Source of the DNA: an uncultured bacterium
GTDB taxonomy: Bacteria > Actinomycetota > Thermoleophilia > Solirubrobacterales > 70-9
Reading direction: 5' to 3'
Assembly (NCBI GenBank): GCA_966211075.1
Contig: CBIHMQ010000001.1
Location: forward strand, 1 to 40,875
DNA: 40,875 nt
How positions within the stretch are numbered: position 1 is the first letter of the stretch; each line of letters starts with the position of its first letter. Of the stretch, positions 1-8,161 are shown in pieces. Both the position numbers and the translations under genes were made by a program. The notes beneath the pieces were generated by a model. The model was given only the letters and a program-made list of their open reading frames with translations. It was not told the DNA's origin and did no database searches.

Positions 1-860
1 ACGTCGAACCGGTCGAAGTCCTGCTCAACCCGGCGACCGGCTACGAGGTGCCGCACATGATCCTCGCCGCCTATATGGTGGTCGGCTTCCTGGTCGCCTC
101 GATCTACGCGGTCGGGATGCTGAAGGGGCGGCGCGACCGGCTCCACAAACTCGGCCTGACGATCCCGTTGACGATCGCCTGCATCGCCACCCCGGTCCAG
201 CTCTTCGTCGGCGACACCGCGGCCCGCGAAGTCGCCGACCACCAGCCGGCCAAGTTCGCGGCGATGGAGTGCATCTACGAGAGCGGCACCCACCAGCCCG
301 AGCACATCGGCGGCATCTGCCTCGACAACCGCGTCGTCGGGGCGATCTCGATCCCCAACCTCGACTCCTTCCTGGTCGGCTGGAGCGCCGACACCTTCGT
401 GACCGGGCTCGAGGACATCCCGCCCGACGAGCGGCCGCCGGCGAAAACGCTGCTGCACCTCTCCTTCGACGCGATGGTCGGGATCGGCACCGCGCTGATG
501 GGGCTGGCGCTCTGGTTCGGGTTCGTCTGGTGGCGCAAGCGCGACATCCCGCGGACGCCCTGGTTCCTCCGCGCGGTCGCGGTCTCCGGCGTCGGCGCGA
601 TCGTCGCGATGTGGTGCGGCTGGATCGTCACCGAGGTCGGCCGCCAGCCCTGGATCGTGCAGGGCTACATGCGCACCGAGGAAGCGGTCACCAAAGCGGA
701 CGGGATCTGGTTCGTGTTCGGCGGCGTGGTGCTGCTCTACGCGGCGCTGGGGACGATCGCGGTCCTGGTCCTGCGGGGGATGTCGCGTCGCTGGCGCGAA
801 CAAGGCGCCGAGCCGGAGACGGCGGGGCCGTACGCGCCCCAGGAAGAGGTCCCCTCATGA
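1..860 (+). CDS. cydA: cytochrome bd ubiquinol oxidase subunit I, C-terminal ~285 codons (5' end outside window)
   Basis: The frame of ORF 48..860 is open from the first bases of the window. The sequence is multi-TM and ends with the CydA-typical 'GRQPWIVQGYMRTEEAVT' block. Its TGA overlaps the ATG of the next gene (ATGA). Confidence 0.9.
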   Translation, partial: VEPVEVLLNPATGYEVPHMILAAYMVVGFLVASIYAVGMLKGRRDRLHKLGLTIPLTIACIATPVQLFVGDTAAREVADHQPAKFAAMECIYESGTHQPEHIGGICLDNRVVGAISIPNLDSFLVGWSADTFVTGLEDIPPDERPPAKTLLHLSFDAMVGIGTALMGLALWFGFVWWRKRDIPRTPWFLRAVAVSGVGAIVAMWCGWIVTEVGRQPWIVQGYMRTEEAVTKADGIWFVFGGVVLLYAALGTIAVLVLRGMSRRWREQGAEPETAGPYAPQEEVPS

Positions 861-1861
861 GCAAGGCCGACGCAGCGGCGGCGATCCTCTGGGTCGGGGC
901 GACCTTCTACGCGCTGTTCGGCGGCGCCGACTTCGGCGGCGGCTTCTGGGACCTGATCGCCGGCGGCGCCGAGCGTGGGGAGCGGCCGCGGGCGCTGATC
1001 CAGCGCTCCCTGACGCCCGTCTGGGAGGCCAACCACGTCTGGCTGGTCTTTATCCTCGTCGTCCTCTGGACCGCCTTCCCGCCCGCCTTCGCGGCCGTCT
1101 TCTCGACCCTCTACGTGCCGATCGCCCTGGCGGCCCTGGGGATCGTCCTGCGCGGCGCCGGGTTCGCCTTCCGCAAGTCGGTCGAGGGGCTCTCCTGGCG
1201 GCGGGCGGCGGGGGCGACCTTCGCGATCTCCTCGCTGCTGACGCCGTTCTTCATGGGCACCGTGGTCGGCGCGATCGCCGCCGGCCACGTCCCCGCCGAC
1301 GGCAACGGCGACCCGTTCAGCTCCTGGCTGCAGCCGCTGCCGCTGCTGATCGGCGGCATGTTCGTCGCCACCGGCGCCTACCTGTCCGGGGTCTTCCTGG
1401 TCGGCGACGCGCGCCGCCTCGGCGACGACGAGTTGGAGGGCTACTTCGAACGGCGGGCGCTGGGAGCCGCCGTGGTCGCCGGCGCCTTCGCGATCGCCGG
1501 GCTCCTCGCTCTGCACTCCGAAGCCCGCTACGTCTACGACCGCCTGGTCGAGCAGGGGCTGCCGCTGGTGATCCTCTCGCTGCTCTGCGGCATCGCCCTG
1601 CTGGCGGTGCTGTTGCGGGGCGGTCGGCGGCCGCTGCGACCGCTCGCCGGCGGCGCTGTGATCGCGGTGATCTGGGGCTGGGGGGTCGCTCAGTTCCCCT
1701 ACCTGCTGCCGACCAGCGTCCGCATCGACCAGGCCGCCGCCCCCGACCCGACGATGACGATCATCTTCGTCGTCTTCGGCGCCGCCGCGGTGTTGGTCCT
1801 GCCCTCGCTGGCGCTGCTGTACACGCTCAGCCAGCGCGACCTGCTCGAGTCCGAGCACTGA
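857..1861 (+). CDS. cydB: cytochrome bd ubiquinol oxidase subunit II
   Basis: ATG 857 lies inside ORF 269..1861 and overlaps the cydA stop. The N-terminus 'MSKADAAAAILWVGATFYALFGGADFGGGFWDL' and the polytopic membrane profile fit CydB. Gene order is cydA-cydB. Confidence 0.88.
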   Translation: MSKADAAAAILWVGATFYALFGGADFGGGFWDLIAGGAERGERPRALIQRSLTPVWEANHVWLVFILVVLWTAFPPAFAAVFSTLYVPIALAALGIVLRGAGFAFRKSVEGLSWRRAAGATFAISSLLTPFFMGTVVGAIAAGHVPADGNGDPFSSWLQPLPLLIGGMFVATGAYLSGVFLVGDARRLGDDELEGYFERRALGAAVVAGAFAIAGLLALHSEARYVYDRLVEQGLPLVILSLLCGIALLAVLLRGGRRPLRPLAGGAVIAVIWGWGVAQFPYLLPTSVRIDQAAAPDPTMTIIFVVFGAAAVLVLPSLALLYTLSQRDLLESEH

Positions 1862-1868
1862 CTTGAGT

Positions 1869-1892
1869 CCTGGCTGGGCTTTCCCAGCCAGG
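1869..1892 (+). terminator. hairpin 8 nt after cydB stop (no U-tract)
   Basis: Perfect 10-bp stem CCTGGCTGGG / CCCAGCCAGG with loop CTTT. Confidence 0.4.
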
Positions 1893-1928
1893 CCGCGAGG
1901 CGGGGTGCCGGTCGGTCGATGGGGCGGC

Positions 1929-3188
1929 ATGAACAAGCTCGCTCTCCCGCTGCTGATGCTCACCTTCATGCTGTTTCCGGCCACTGGCTCGGCGGCGCCG
2001 CCGGAAGGCGTTGAAGCCGAAGTCCTCGTCGGCCCGGTCAGTTTCCCGAAGACCACCGCTGGGACCGAATCCCCGGCCGTGGAGATCGACGTCCGCAACG
2101 ATGGCGACGCCGGCACCTGGGTCGAAAAGAACTTCGTCGACGGGCCCGACAGCGGCGCTTACAAGGTCACCAGCAGCGACTGCAACACGCTCGAACCGGG
2201 CGCGCACTGCTCGGTCTGGATCGTCTTCATGCCGGGCGACCTGGCTCCGAAGCAGGCGACGCTGAACCTGAAGATGGGCGACGGCTCGACCGCCGGGACG
2301 CCGATCGACGCGACCGCGGTGCCGGTCCAGCTCGCCTTCACGCCGGGCGCCCACGACTTCGGCCTCACCCAGATCGACCAGGGCGCGTCGACCGGGTTCC
2401 AGCTGACCAACGTCGGCGAAGCCCCGGCCCAGGTCGCCGGGCTCGGGATCGACGGCGACTACGAAAGCTTCTGGGCCAACGGCCCCGACTGCCAGGGCGG
2501 GCGCTGGCTGCGGCCCGGCGAGAGCTGCTCCCTGACCGTCGGCTTCAACCCCCGCGATACCGTCGCCTACAGCGCTGAAGTCCAGGCCTGGTCCCACGGG
2601 ACGTCGTTCAGCTCCGCGGTCAACGGCGAAGGCGGCCGGTCAATGCTCGAGCCGGTCGCCGGCCTCTTCGAGTTCGGAGCCGCCCCGGTCGGCACCGTCG
2701 GTGAGCCGCTGGCGGTTACGTTCACCAACGCCGGCAACCTTCCCGGCGGCTTCTTCATCGCGGTGATCGCGGGTGGCGACGTCGCCAGCTTCCAACTGCT
2801 CGACGAGAGCTGCACCGGCGAGCCGCTGGCGCCGGGGGCGAGCTGTGTCGCCCACGTCCGCTTCGCGCCGCAGCGCCAGGGCCGGCTCTCCGCCCGCCTC
2901 GCTCTGTTCGGCGAAGGCGACGGGGGCACGATGGTGAAGCTGGTCGGCGAGGGGCTGCCGCCACTGCCGCCGCTCTCGGATGCCGTGACGACTTCCGGGG
3001 CCGGGTCGGCGACCACCTCGGACTCCGGCCCGGCCGCCTCCGCGGGCACGGCGACCCACCCCGGCTCGCCGGCGCAACCACGCCGCCGCTCCCGCCACCG
3101 CCGCTTCGCCCGCGGCGACTCGATCGGCCCCAAGGTGGCGCCGCGCCCGCGCCGGCCCGCGGTCCGCTCCAGCAGCGTGCCGCGCTAG
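1929..3188 (+). CDS. secreted protein with three choice-of-anchor-D-like beta-sandwich repeats
   Basis: ATG 1929 is in frame with ORF 1863..3188. The signal peptide is 'MNKLALPLLMLTFMLFPATGSAAP'. Three ~100-aa repeats each end in an L.PG.SC.v.v.F.P block (LEPGAHCSVWIVFMPG, LRPGESCSLTVGFNPR, LAPGASCVAHVRFAPQ). The tail is P/S/A-rich and then Arg-rich. Confidence 0.7.
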   Translation: MNKLALPLLMLTFMLFPATGSAAPPEGVEAEVLVGPVSFPKTTAGTESPAVEIDVRNDGDAGTWVEKNFVDGPDSGAYKVTSSDCNTLEPGAHCSVWIVFMPGDLAPKQATLNLKMGDGSTAGTPIDATAVPVQLAFTPGAHDFGLTQIDQGASTGFQLTNVGEAPAQVAGLGIDGDYESFWANGPDCQGGRWLRPGESCSLTVGFNPRDTVAYSAEVQAWSHGTSFSSAVNGEGGRSMLEPVAGLFEFGAAPVGTVGEPLAVTFTNAGNLPGGFFIAVIAGGDVASFQLLDESCTGEPLAPGASCVAHVRFAPQRQGRLSARLALFGEGDGGTMVKLVGEGLPPLPPLSDAVTTSGAGSATTSDSGPAASAGTATHPGSPAQPRRRSRHRRFARGDSIGPKVAPRPRRPAVRSSSVPR

Positions 3189-3198
3189 GTTCCTGGCC

Positions 3199-3867
3199 GT
3201 GATCGAGGCGGTCCTCTTCGACATCGACGGCACCCTGCTGGTCACCGGCGGGGCGGGCGCCGTCGCCTGGCAGCGCGCCTTCCGGGAACTGCATGGGGTC
3301 GATGCCAACATCGGCGAACACACCGAGGCGGGGATGACCGACCCGGAAATCGCCGAGATCGTCTTCCGCGAGGTGATCGGCCGCGAGGGCACGGCGGCCG
3401 AGCGGGCCCAGGCGATCGCCGGCTACCTCGGCCACCTGGCCGACGCCGTCAACGAGTCGAGCGGTTACCGGGTGATGCCGGGGATCGAAGCGCTGCTGCC
3501 GAAGCTGGCCGAGCGCGGGGTCCTGCTGGGCTTGGTCACCGGCAACATCGAGTCCGCCGCCCACATCAAGCTGGCCCGCGCCGGCCTCAACCGCTTCTTC
3601 GGCTTTGGCGGCTACGGGTCCGACGCCCGCGACCGGGTCGAGGTGACCCGCAGGGCGCTGGAACGGGGCCGCGAGGTCGCCGGCGGCAAGCTCGAGGCCG
3701 GCGACGCGATTTCGGTCGGCGACACCCCGCGCGATGTCAGCGCCGGTCACGGAATCGGCATCGAGGTCGTCGGGGTCGCCACTGGCAGCTACACGGTCGA
3801 GCAGCTCGAGGACGCCGGCGCCGACTGGGCGCTGGCAACCGTCGAGGCGGGCTTCCCGGCACCGTAG
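3199..3867 (+). CDS. HAD-IA family hydrolase (phosphatase-like)
   Basis: GTG start. HAD motif I 'LFDIDGTLL' and motif IV-like 'VGDTPRDV' are present, at typical ~220 aa size. Confidence 0.85.
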   Translation: MIEAVLFDIDGTLLVTGGAGAVAWQRAFRELHGVDANIGEHTEAGMTDPEIAEIVFREVIGREGTAAERAQAIAGYLGHLADAVNESSGYRVMPGIEALLPKLAERGVLLGLVTGNIESAAHIKLARAGLNRFFGFGGYGSDARDRVEVTRRALERGREVAGGKLEAGDAISVGDTPRDVSAGHGIGIEVVGVATGSYTVEQLEDAGADWALATVEAGFPAP

Positions 3868-4002
3868 CCCGGGCGTTTCCTTAGCTCCAACATTGGACGA
3901 AACCGTTGCGGGGCGGCGACCGCCCTGCCTAGCTTCGGGGCCGGGGCATCCCGCAATGTCCCCGGGGAGCCAGGCCAGGCGCCACCCAAGGGGGGGCGGC
4001 AG

Positions 4003-4081
4003 CCCACCCCGGACGCGCTCCGGCCGGGGTGGGCGAGCTCGCCCTAGGAGGGATTCGCCAATCCCTCCTAGGCGAGCTCGC
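4003..4081. terminator. two adjacent hairpins between convergent HAD and cfa-like genes
   Basis: First hairpin: CCCACCCCGG (4003..4012) / CCGGGGTGGG (4024..4033). Second: a 49-nt near-perfect palindrome at 4033..4081, GCGAGCTCGCCCTAGGAGGGATT-CGCC-AATCCCTCCTAGGCGAGCTCGC. The cfa-like stop codon (4068..4070) lies inside its right arm. Confidence 0.45.
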
Positions 4082-5282
4082 AGCGCGCCTGGTAGATGGA
4101 GGTGAAGCCGGTCTCGAAGCCGTTGCGGGCGGCCCGCAGGTAGAGCCGCCAGACCCGCACCCGTTCCGGCCCCGCCAGCCGGATCGCCTCGTCGAGGTTG
4201 TCGTCGAGGTTGTTCGCCCAGTGCCGCAGGGTCTCCGCGTAGTCGGGGGCGAAGTCCTCGACGTGGTGGGCGACGAAGCCGGCCCGTTCCAGGGCCAGCA
4301 GGTTGCGGGAGAGGTGCAGTGGCGCCGCGTCGGGGAAGACGTAGCGCTCCGAGAACGCGCCGGCCTCGGCGTCGCTGTGGCGCAGACGGGTGATCCCGTG
4401 GTTGAGCAGCCGCCCGCCCGGCTCCAGCAGCTGGGCCAGGGTCCGCGCGTAGAGGTCGATGTTGGCGGCCCCGACGTGCTCGACCATCCCGATCGAGGCG
4501 ATCGCGTCGAACTTCTCGCCGCTCGCCGGCAGGTCGCGGTAATCCATCACCCTGATGTCCACCCGGTCGGCGACCCCGGCCGCCTCGGCCCGCTGCCGAG
4601 CCTTCTCGGCCTGGGGAGGGGAGAGGGTGATCCCGACCACGCTCGCCCCGTGCCGGGTTGCCGCCCAAACCGGGAAGGCGCCCCACCCGCAGCCGACGTC
4701 GAGCACCCGGTCGCCCTCCCTGAGCGCGAGCTTGCGGGCGACCGTCTCCAGCTTCTCGTCCTGCGCCTCCTCCAGCGTTTTCATTTCGCCGTCGCGCCAG
4801 ATCGCGCAGCTGTAAGCCATCGTCGGCCCGAGGAACAGCTCGAAGAACTCGTTGGAGACGTCGTAGTGGTGGCGGACGGCGCGGGCGTCGCGCTCCTTGC
4901 TGTGACGCCGCCCGCTCGGGCGCAGCTCGGCCGCCGGCCGCTTCGGCGGCCGCTGCAGGCCCGCCGCCCGCACCGCGCCCAGCAGCAGCGCCCGCTTGTC
5001 GGCGCCCTCCAGCGGCGGCGGCTGCCAGGAGTCCAGCAGTTCGATGGTCGCGTCGATGTCGTCGACCTCGAGCTCGCCGCTGACGTAGGCGCGGCCGAGC
5101 CCGAGCTGACCGGGGGCCAGCAGCGCGTGGGCGGCGGCCCGGGGCGAGCGCACGTGGAAGGTCGGGCCGCCCTCTTCGGTGGCCGGGAGACGCGTCCCGT
5201 CCCAGAACTCGACCGCGAAGGGCCGCTCCGGCAGGCGGGCCTCGATCTCGCGTCGCAATGGCGCCGTGGTGGCGAACGGCAT
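4068..5282 (-). CDS. cfa: cyclopropane-fatty-acyl-phospholipid synthase family SAM-dependent methyltransferase
   Basis: Contains 'HYDVSNEFFELFLGPTMAYSCA', the SAM-binding 'VLDVGCGWGAF' and 'IASIGMVEHVG', as in CFA / mycolic-acid methyltransferases. Length is 404 aa. Confidence 0.9.
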   Translation of the reverse strand: MPFATTAPLRREIEARLPERPFAVEFWDGTRLPATEEGGPTFHVRSPRAAAHALLAPGQLGLGRAYVSGELEVDDIDATIELLDSWQPPPLEGADKRALLLGAVRAAGLQRPPKRPAAELRPSGRRHSKERDARAVRHHYDVSNEFFELFLGPTMAYSCAIWRDGEMKTLEEAQDEKLETVARKLALREGDRVLDVGCGWGAFPVWAATRHGASVVGITLSPPQAEKARQRAEAAGVADRVDIRVMDYRDLPASGEKFDAIASIGMVEHVGAANIDLYARTLAQLLEPGGRLLNHGITRLRHSDAEAGAFSERYVFPDAAPLHLSRNLLALERAGFVAHHVEDFAPDYAETLRHWANNLDDNLDEAIRLAGPERVRVWRLYLRAARNGFETGFTSIYQARCELA

Positions 5283-5328
5283 CGTCGCACCCTACCGGCG
5301 ACGCTCGCATTTGGTGACCCTAATCCGT

Positions 5329-6273
5329 ATGATCGCCCCCCCTATGGCGACGGCAGGCCCGCTTCCCTCAGATATCCAGCCGGTCGAAAACGAGACCCGC
5401 GATCGCATCATCACCGGTTTGGTGACGCTGGTCCCGTTCGTCGCGATCGGCCTGGCCGGCTGGCAGGTCTGGGGCAGCGCCCTGCACTGGAGCGACGTCT
5501 TCCTCTTCCTCGGGATGTACCTCTTCACCGGCCTCGGGATCACGATGGGGTTCCACCGCCACCTCACCCACCGCGCCTTCAAGACCTATCCCTGGCTGCA
5601 CGGCCTGCTCGGGATCCTCGGCTCGGCGGCGATCGAGGGCCCGGTCATCTCCTGGGTCGCCGACCACCGCAAGCACCACACCTTCGCCGACCAGGAGGGC
5701 GACCCGCACAGCCCCCACGTCGACCACGGCCACGGCTGGAGCGGCGCCATGCGCGGCCTCTTCCACGCCCACATGGGCTGGCTCTTCATCCACACCCAGC
5801 GCGGCAACAAGGAACGCTTCGCGCCGGACCTGATCAAGGACCCGGTGATCAACTGGGTCGACCGGACCTTCCTCGTCTGGGCCGTCGGCGGCCTGATGCT
5901 GCCCTTCGCGCTCGGCTGGATCATCGGCGGCACCGTCTTCGCCGGCCTCACCGGCCTGCTCTGGGGCGGCCTCGTCCGCGTCTTCGTCCTCCACCACTTC
6001 ACCTACAGCATCAACTCGCTCTGTCACGTCTTCGGCGTCCGCGAATTCGAGACCACCGACCACTCCCGCAACCTCGCCCTGATCGCGATCCCGACCCTCG
6101 GCGAGGCTTTCCACAACAGCCACCACGCCTTCCCGACCTCGGCCACCCACGGCCTGCGCTGGTGGCAGATCGACATCTCGGCGCTGGTCATCGACGGCCT
6201 CGAGAAGGTCGGCCTGGTCTGGGACGTGGTCCGGGTCAGCCCCGAGCGCCTCGCCGCCAAGTCCGCCTCCTAA
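5329..6273 (+). CDS. membrane acyl-CoA (stearoyl-CoA-type) fatty acid desaturase
   Basis: Three histidine boxes are present: 'HRHLTH', 'HRKHH' and 'HNSHHAF'. I chose ATG 5329 inside ORF 5179..6273 because the upstream part overlaps the divergent cfa-like gene. Confidence 0.88.
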   Translation: MIAPPMATAGPLPSDIQPVENETRDRIITGLVTLVPFVAIGLAGWQVWGSALHWSDVFLFLGMYLFTGLGITMGFHRHLTHRAFKTYPWLHGLLGILGSAAIEGPVISWVADHRKHHTFADQEGDPHSPHVDHGHGWSGAMRGLFHAHMGWLFIHTQRGNKERFAPDLIKDPVINWVDRTFLVWAVGGLMLPFALGWIIGGTVFAGLTGLLWGGLVRVFVLHHFTYSINSLCHVFGVREFETTDHSRNLALIAIPTLGEAFHNSHHAFPTSATHGLRWWQIDISALVIDGLEKVGLVWDVVRVSPERLAAKSAS

Positions 6274-6305
6274 GGGAACCTGGCGTTTTATTAGAGTGCC
6301 CGGCC

Positions 6306-7619
6306 GTGGCCGGGGCGGCGGTAGCCAGGAGCCAGCGGGAGCGCCTTGTCGAGGCGATGACCGTCGTCGCCGCTCGCCACGGCTACGCCGAGGCCAGCGT
6401 CGCCCGGGTCGTCAAGCAGGCCGGGATGTCCCGCGCCACCTTCTACGACCACTTCGAAAACCGCGACGACTGCTTCCTGGCCGCCTTCCGGCGGGCGGCC
6501 GAGCCGATGCGCGAGCAGCTCGGCAGTGGCGACGAGGCCCGCGGCGAGCCCGAGCGGCCGCGCGAGGTGCTGGCCCGCACCCTGGCCCTGGCCGAGCAGC
6601 ACCCGGCGGCGACGCGGCTGATCCTGATCGAGGCCAGGGCCGGCGACAAGCGCGTTCGCGCCGAACACGAGGACCTGCTCGCCCTGATCGAGCGGGCGAT
6701 CGAGCTCTACCTGAGCGCGGCGGCGGAGCGGATGCCGATCGAGATCCCGACCCGGGCCCTGCTCGGCGGTATCGGCGGCCTGATCGGTACCAGGGTCTTC
6801 CGCGGCGAAGCGGGCGGTCTCAGCGAGCTGCGCGACGACCTGCTGGCCTGGTTCGGCTCCTACGCCCTGCCGGCCGGGCGCCAGCGGATGACCCGGGAGG
6901 AGTGGCTCGAGCTGGGGCGCGCCTGGGAAGAGATCCGCTCCGAGCCGCCGCCGCTGCCGCGCGACGAGCGGCCGCTGCCACGGGGGCGCAGTGCCCTCTC
7001 GCCCGGCCAGGTCGCCAGCGAGCACCGCGAGAGGGTCGTCGAAGCGATCGCCGCCTGCGTCAACGAGCGTGGCTACATGGCGACCACGGTCGCCGATCTC
7101 GTCGGCGCCGCCGGGATCACCCGGGGCGCCTTCTACGAGCAGTTCCGCAACAAGGAAGACGCTTTCCTGGCCGCTCAGTCGCTCGGCCTCGAGCGCTCCG
7201 CCGGCCTGGTCGCGGGGCGCTTCTTCACCGAGGCGTCCTGGCCGGAGCGGGTCTGGAACTCGGCCGAGGCGCTGACCACCTACGTCACCGACCACCCGGG
7301 ACTCGCCTACTCGACCGTGATCGAGGCTTACGCGGCCGGCCCGGCGGCGATCCGGCGCTCGATCGACGGCCGGATGGCGTACACGCTGTTCCTCGAGGAC
7401 GGCTACCGGCAGCGCCCGGAGGGGGAAGCGATCCCGCGCATCTTCTCGGAGGCGATCGCCGGGGGGAGCGAGGAGCTGCTCCGCCACCAGATCGTCCTCG
7501 GTCGCACCGAGGAGGCCCAGGAGCTCGTGCCCCAGGCCGTCTACGTGGCCCTGGCGCCGTTCATCGGCACCGAGGCGGCGCTCGACTTCGTCAGGGAGCG
7601 CTGCCGAACAACTGCCTGA
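6306..7619 (+). CDS. single-chain double TetR-family regulator (two HTH + two ligand domains, Mce3R-like architecture)
   Basis: This is the 3' part of ORF 4029..7619, with a GTG at 6306. Two TetR HTH units are present: 'ASVARVVKQAGMSRATFYDHFENRDDCFLAAF' and 'TTVADLVGAAGITRGAFYEQFRNKEDAFLAAQ'. Start choice is uncertain; ATG 6357 would cut into the first HTH lead-in. Confidence 0.8.
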   Translation: MAGAAVARSQRERLVEAMTVVAARHGYAEASVARVVKQAGMSRATFYDHFENRDDCFLAAFRRAAEPMREQLGSGDEARGEPERPREVLARTLALAEQHPAATRLILIEARAGDKRVRAEHEDLLALIERAIELYLSAAAERMPIEIPTRALLGGIGGLIGTRVFRGEAGGLSELRDDLLAWFGSYALPAGRQRMTREEWLELGRAWEEIRSEPPPLPRDERPLPRGRSALSPGQVASEHRERVVEAIAACVNERGYMATTVADLVGAAGITRGAFYEQFRNKEDAFLAAQSLGLERSAGLVAGRFFTEASWPERVWNSAEALTTYVTDHPGLAYSTVIEAYAAGPAAIRRSIDGRMAYTLFLEDGYRQRPEGEAIPRIFSEAIAGGSEELLRHQIVLGRTEEAQELVPQAVYVALAPFIGTEAALDFVRERCRTTA

Positions 7620-7905
7620 TGCTGTCGCGGTTCTCGGGGCTGAGGCTGAAGCGCGAGGCCGGGCGCCCGGGAGTTTCCCCGTCGCTCTGACCGGGGTGCT
7701 CGTCGAGGACCCCGGTGGTGACCATGGCCTCGAGGTGGCGCCGCAGCGTCTGGTGGCTGGCGGCGGCGGTCGCCGCCAGGTCGGAGGCGGTGGCCATCCC
7801 GACCTGACTGAGCGAGCGGAGGATGTGCACGCGGATGGGGTCGGCGACCGCGCCGAGCCAGTCGGCCGGACCCCTTCCCCGTGTTTTCCCCTGCGCTTCG
7901 CGCAT
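7591..7905 (-). CDS. ArsR-type winged-helix transcriptional regulator
   Basis: Contains 'DPIRVHILRSLSQVGMATASDLAATAAASHQTLRRHLEAMVTTGVL'. I chose the internal ATG at 7905 (MREAQGK...) over the 8052 start. The 3' end overlaps the convergent TetR gene by 29 bp. Confidence 0.65.
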   Translation of the reverse strand: MREAQGKTRGRGPADWLGAVADPIRVHILRSLSQVGMATASDLAATAAASHQTLRRHLEAMVTTGVLDEHPGQSDGETPGRPASRFSLSPENRDSIRQLFGSAP

Positions 7906-8066
7906 CTCTACCTCGGCTGCGACTCGCTGGCCCCTGTACGGCACTGGTCGCACAAAAGCGATGCGCGACCCGACTTCTCGAACATAGCGGTTTGCTGAAA
8001 GAACAAGTGAGTCTTGAGGCGGAATCCGGCGCTGAATCGACGATAAAGCCAATTTTCCCGGTTCAA

Positions 8067-8082
8067 GACGGTTCGAACCGTC
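8067..8082. promoter_or_regulatory. perfect 16-bp palindrome in a lower-GC intergenic region
   Basis: GACGGTTCGAACCGTC, flanked by an imperfect CCGGTTC / GAATCGG extension. It lies between the ArsR-type gene start and the 3' end of the large membrane-protein gene. Confidence 0.3.
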
Positions 8083-8161
8083 CGAATCGGACCTAGATCC
8101 GACCTGAACACCCTCGGTCTTTTTGAGGCTGCCCGGGTCCCCGGAAATGCCGGCTTCCCGT

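Noticed and set aside
3100-3125. RGD tripeptide in the tail of the choice-of-anchor-D protein as an integrin-type adhesion motif
   Set aside because: A tripeptide in an Arg/Gly-rich disordered tail is expected by chance.
2755-5310. 851-aa minus-strand ORF. Similar very long ORFs are the upstream two thirds of 4029..7619, 737..2116(-), 8123..10240(+), 16671..18512(+), 16822..18240(-), the upstream part of 24297..26219(-), 33204..35324(+) and 36437..37801(-).
   Set aside because: All are R/P/G/A-rich low-complexity translations lying antisense to, or out of frame with, genes that carry clear family motifs. Long stop-free shadow frames are expected at this GC content. None showed a recognisable motif.
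8067-8082. GACGGTTCGAACCGTC as a second LexA box
   Set aside because: The half-sites are in the wrong order (GTTC-GAAC with no spacer, rather than GAAC-N4-GTTC).
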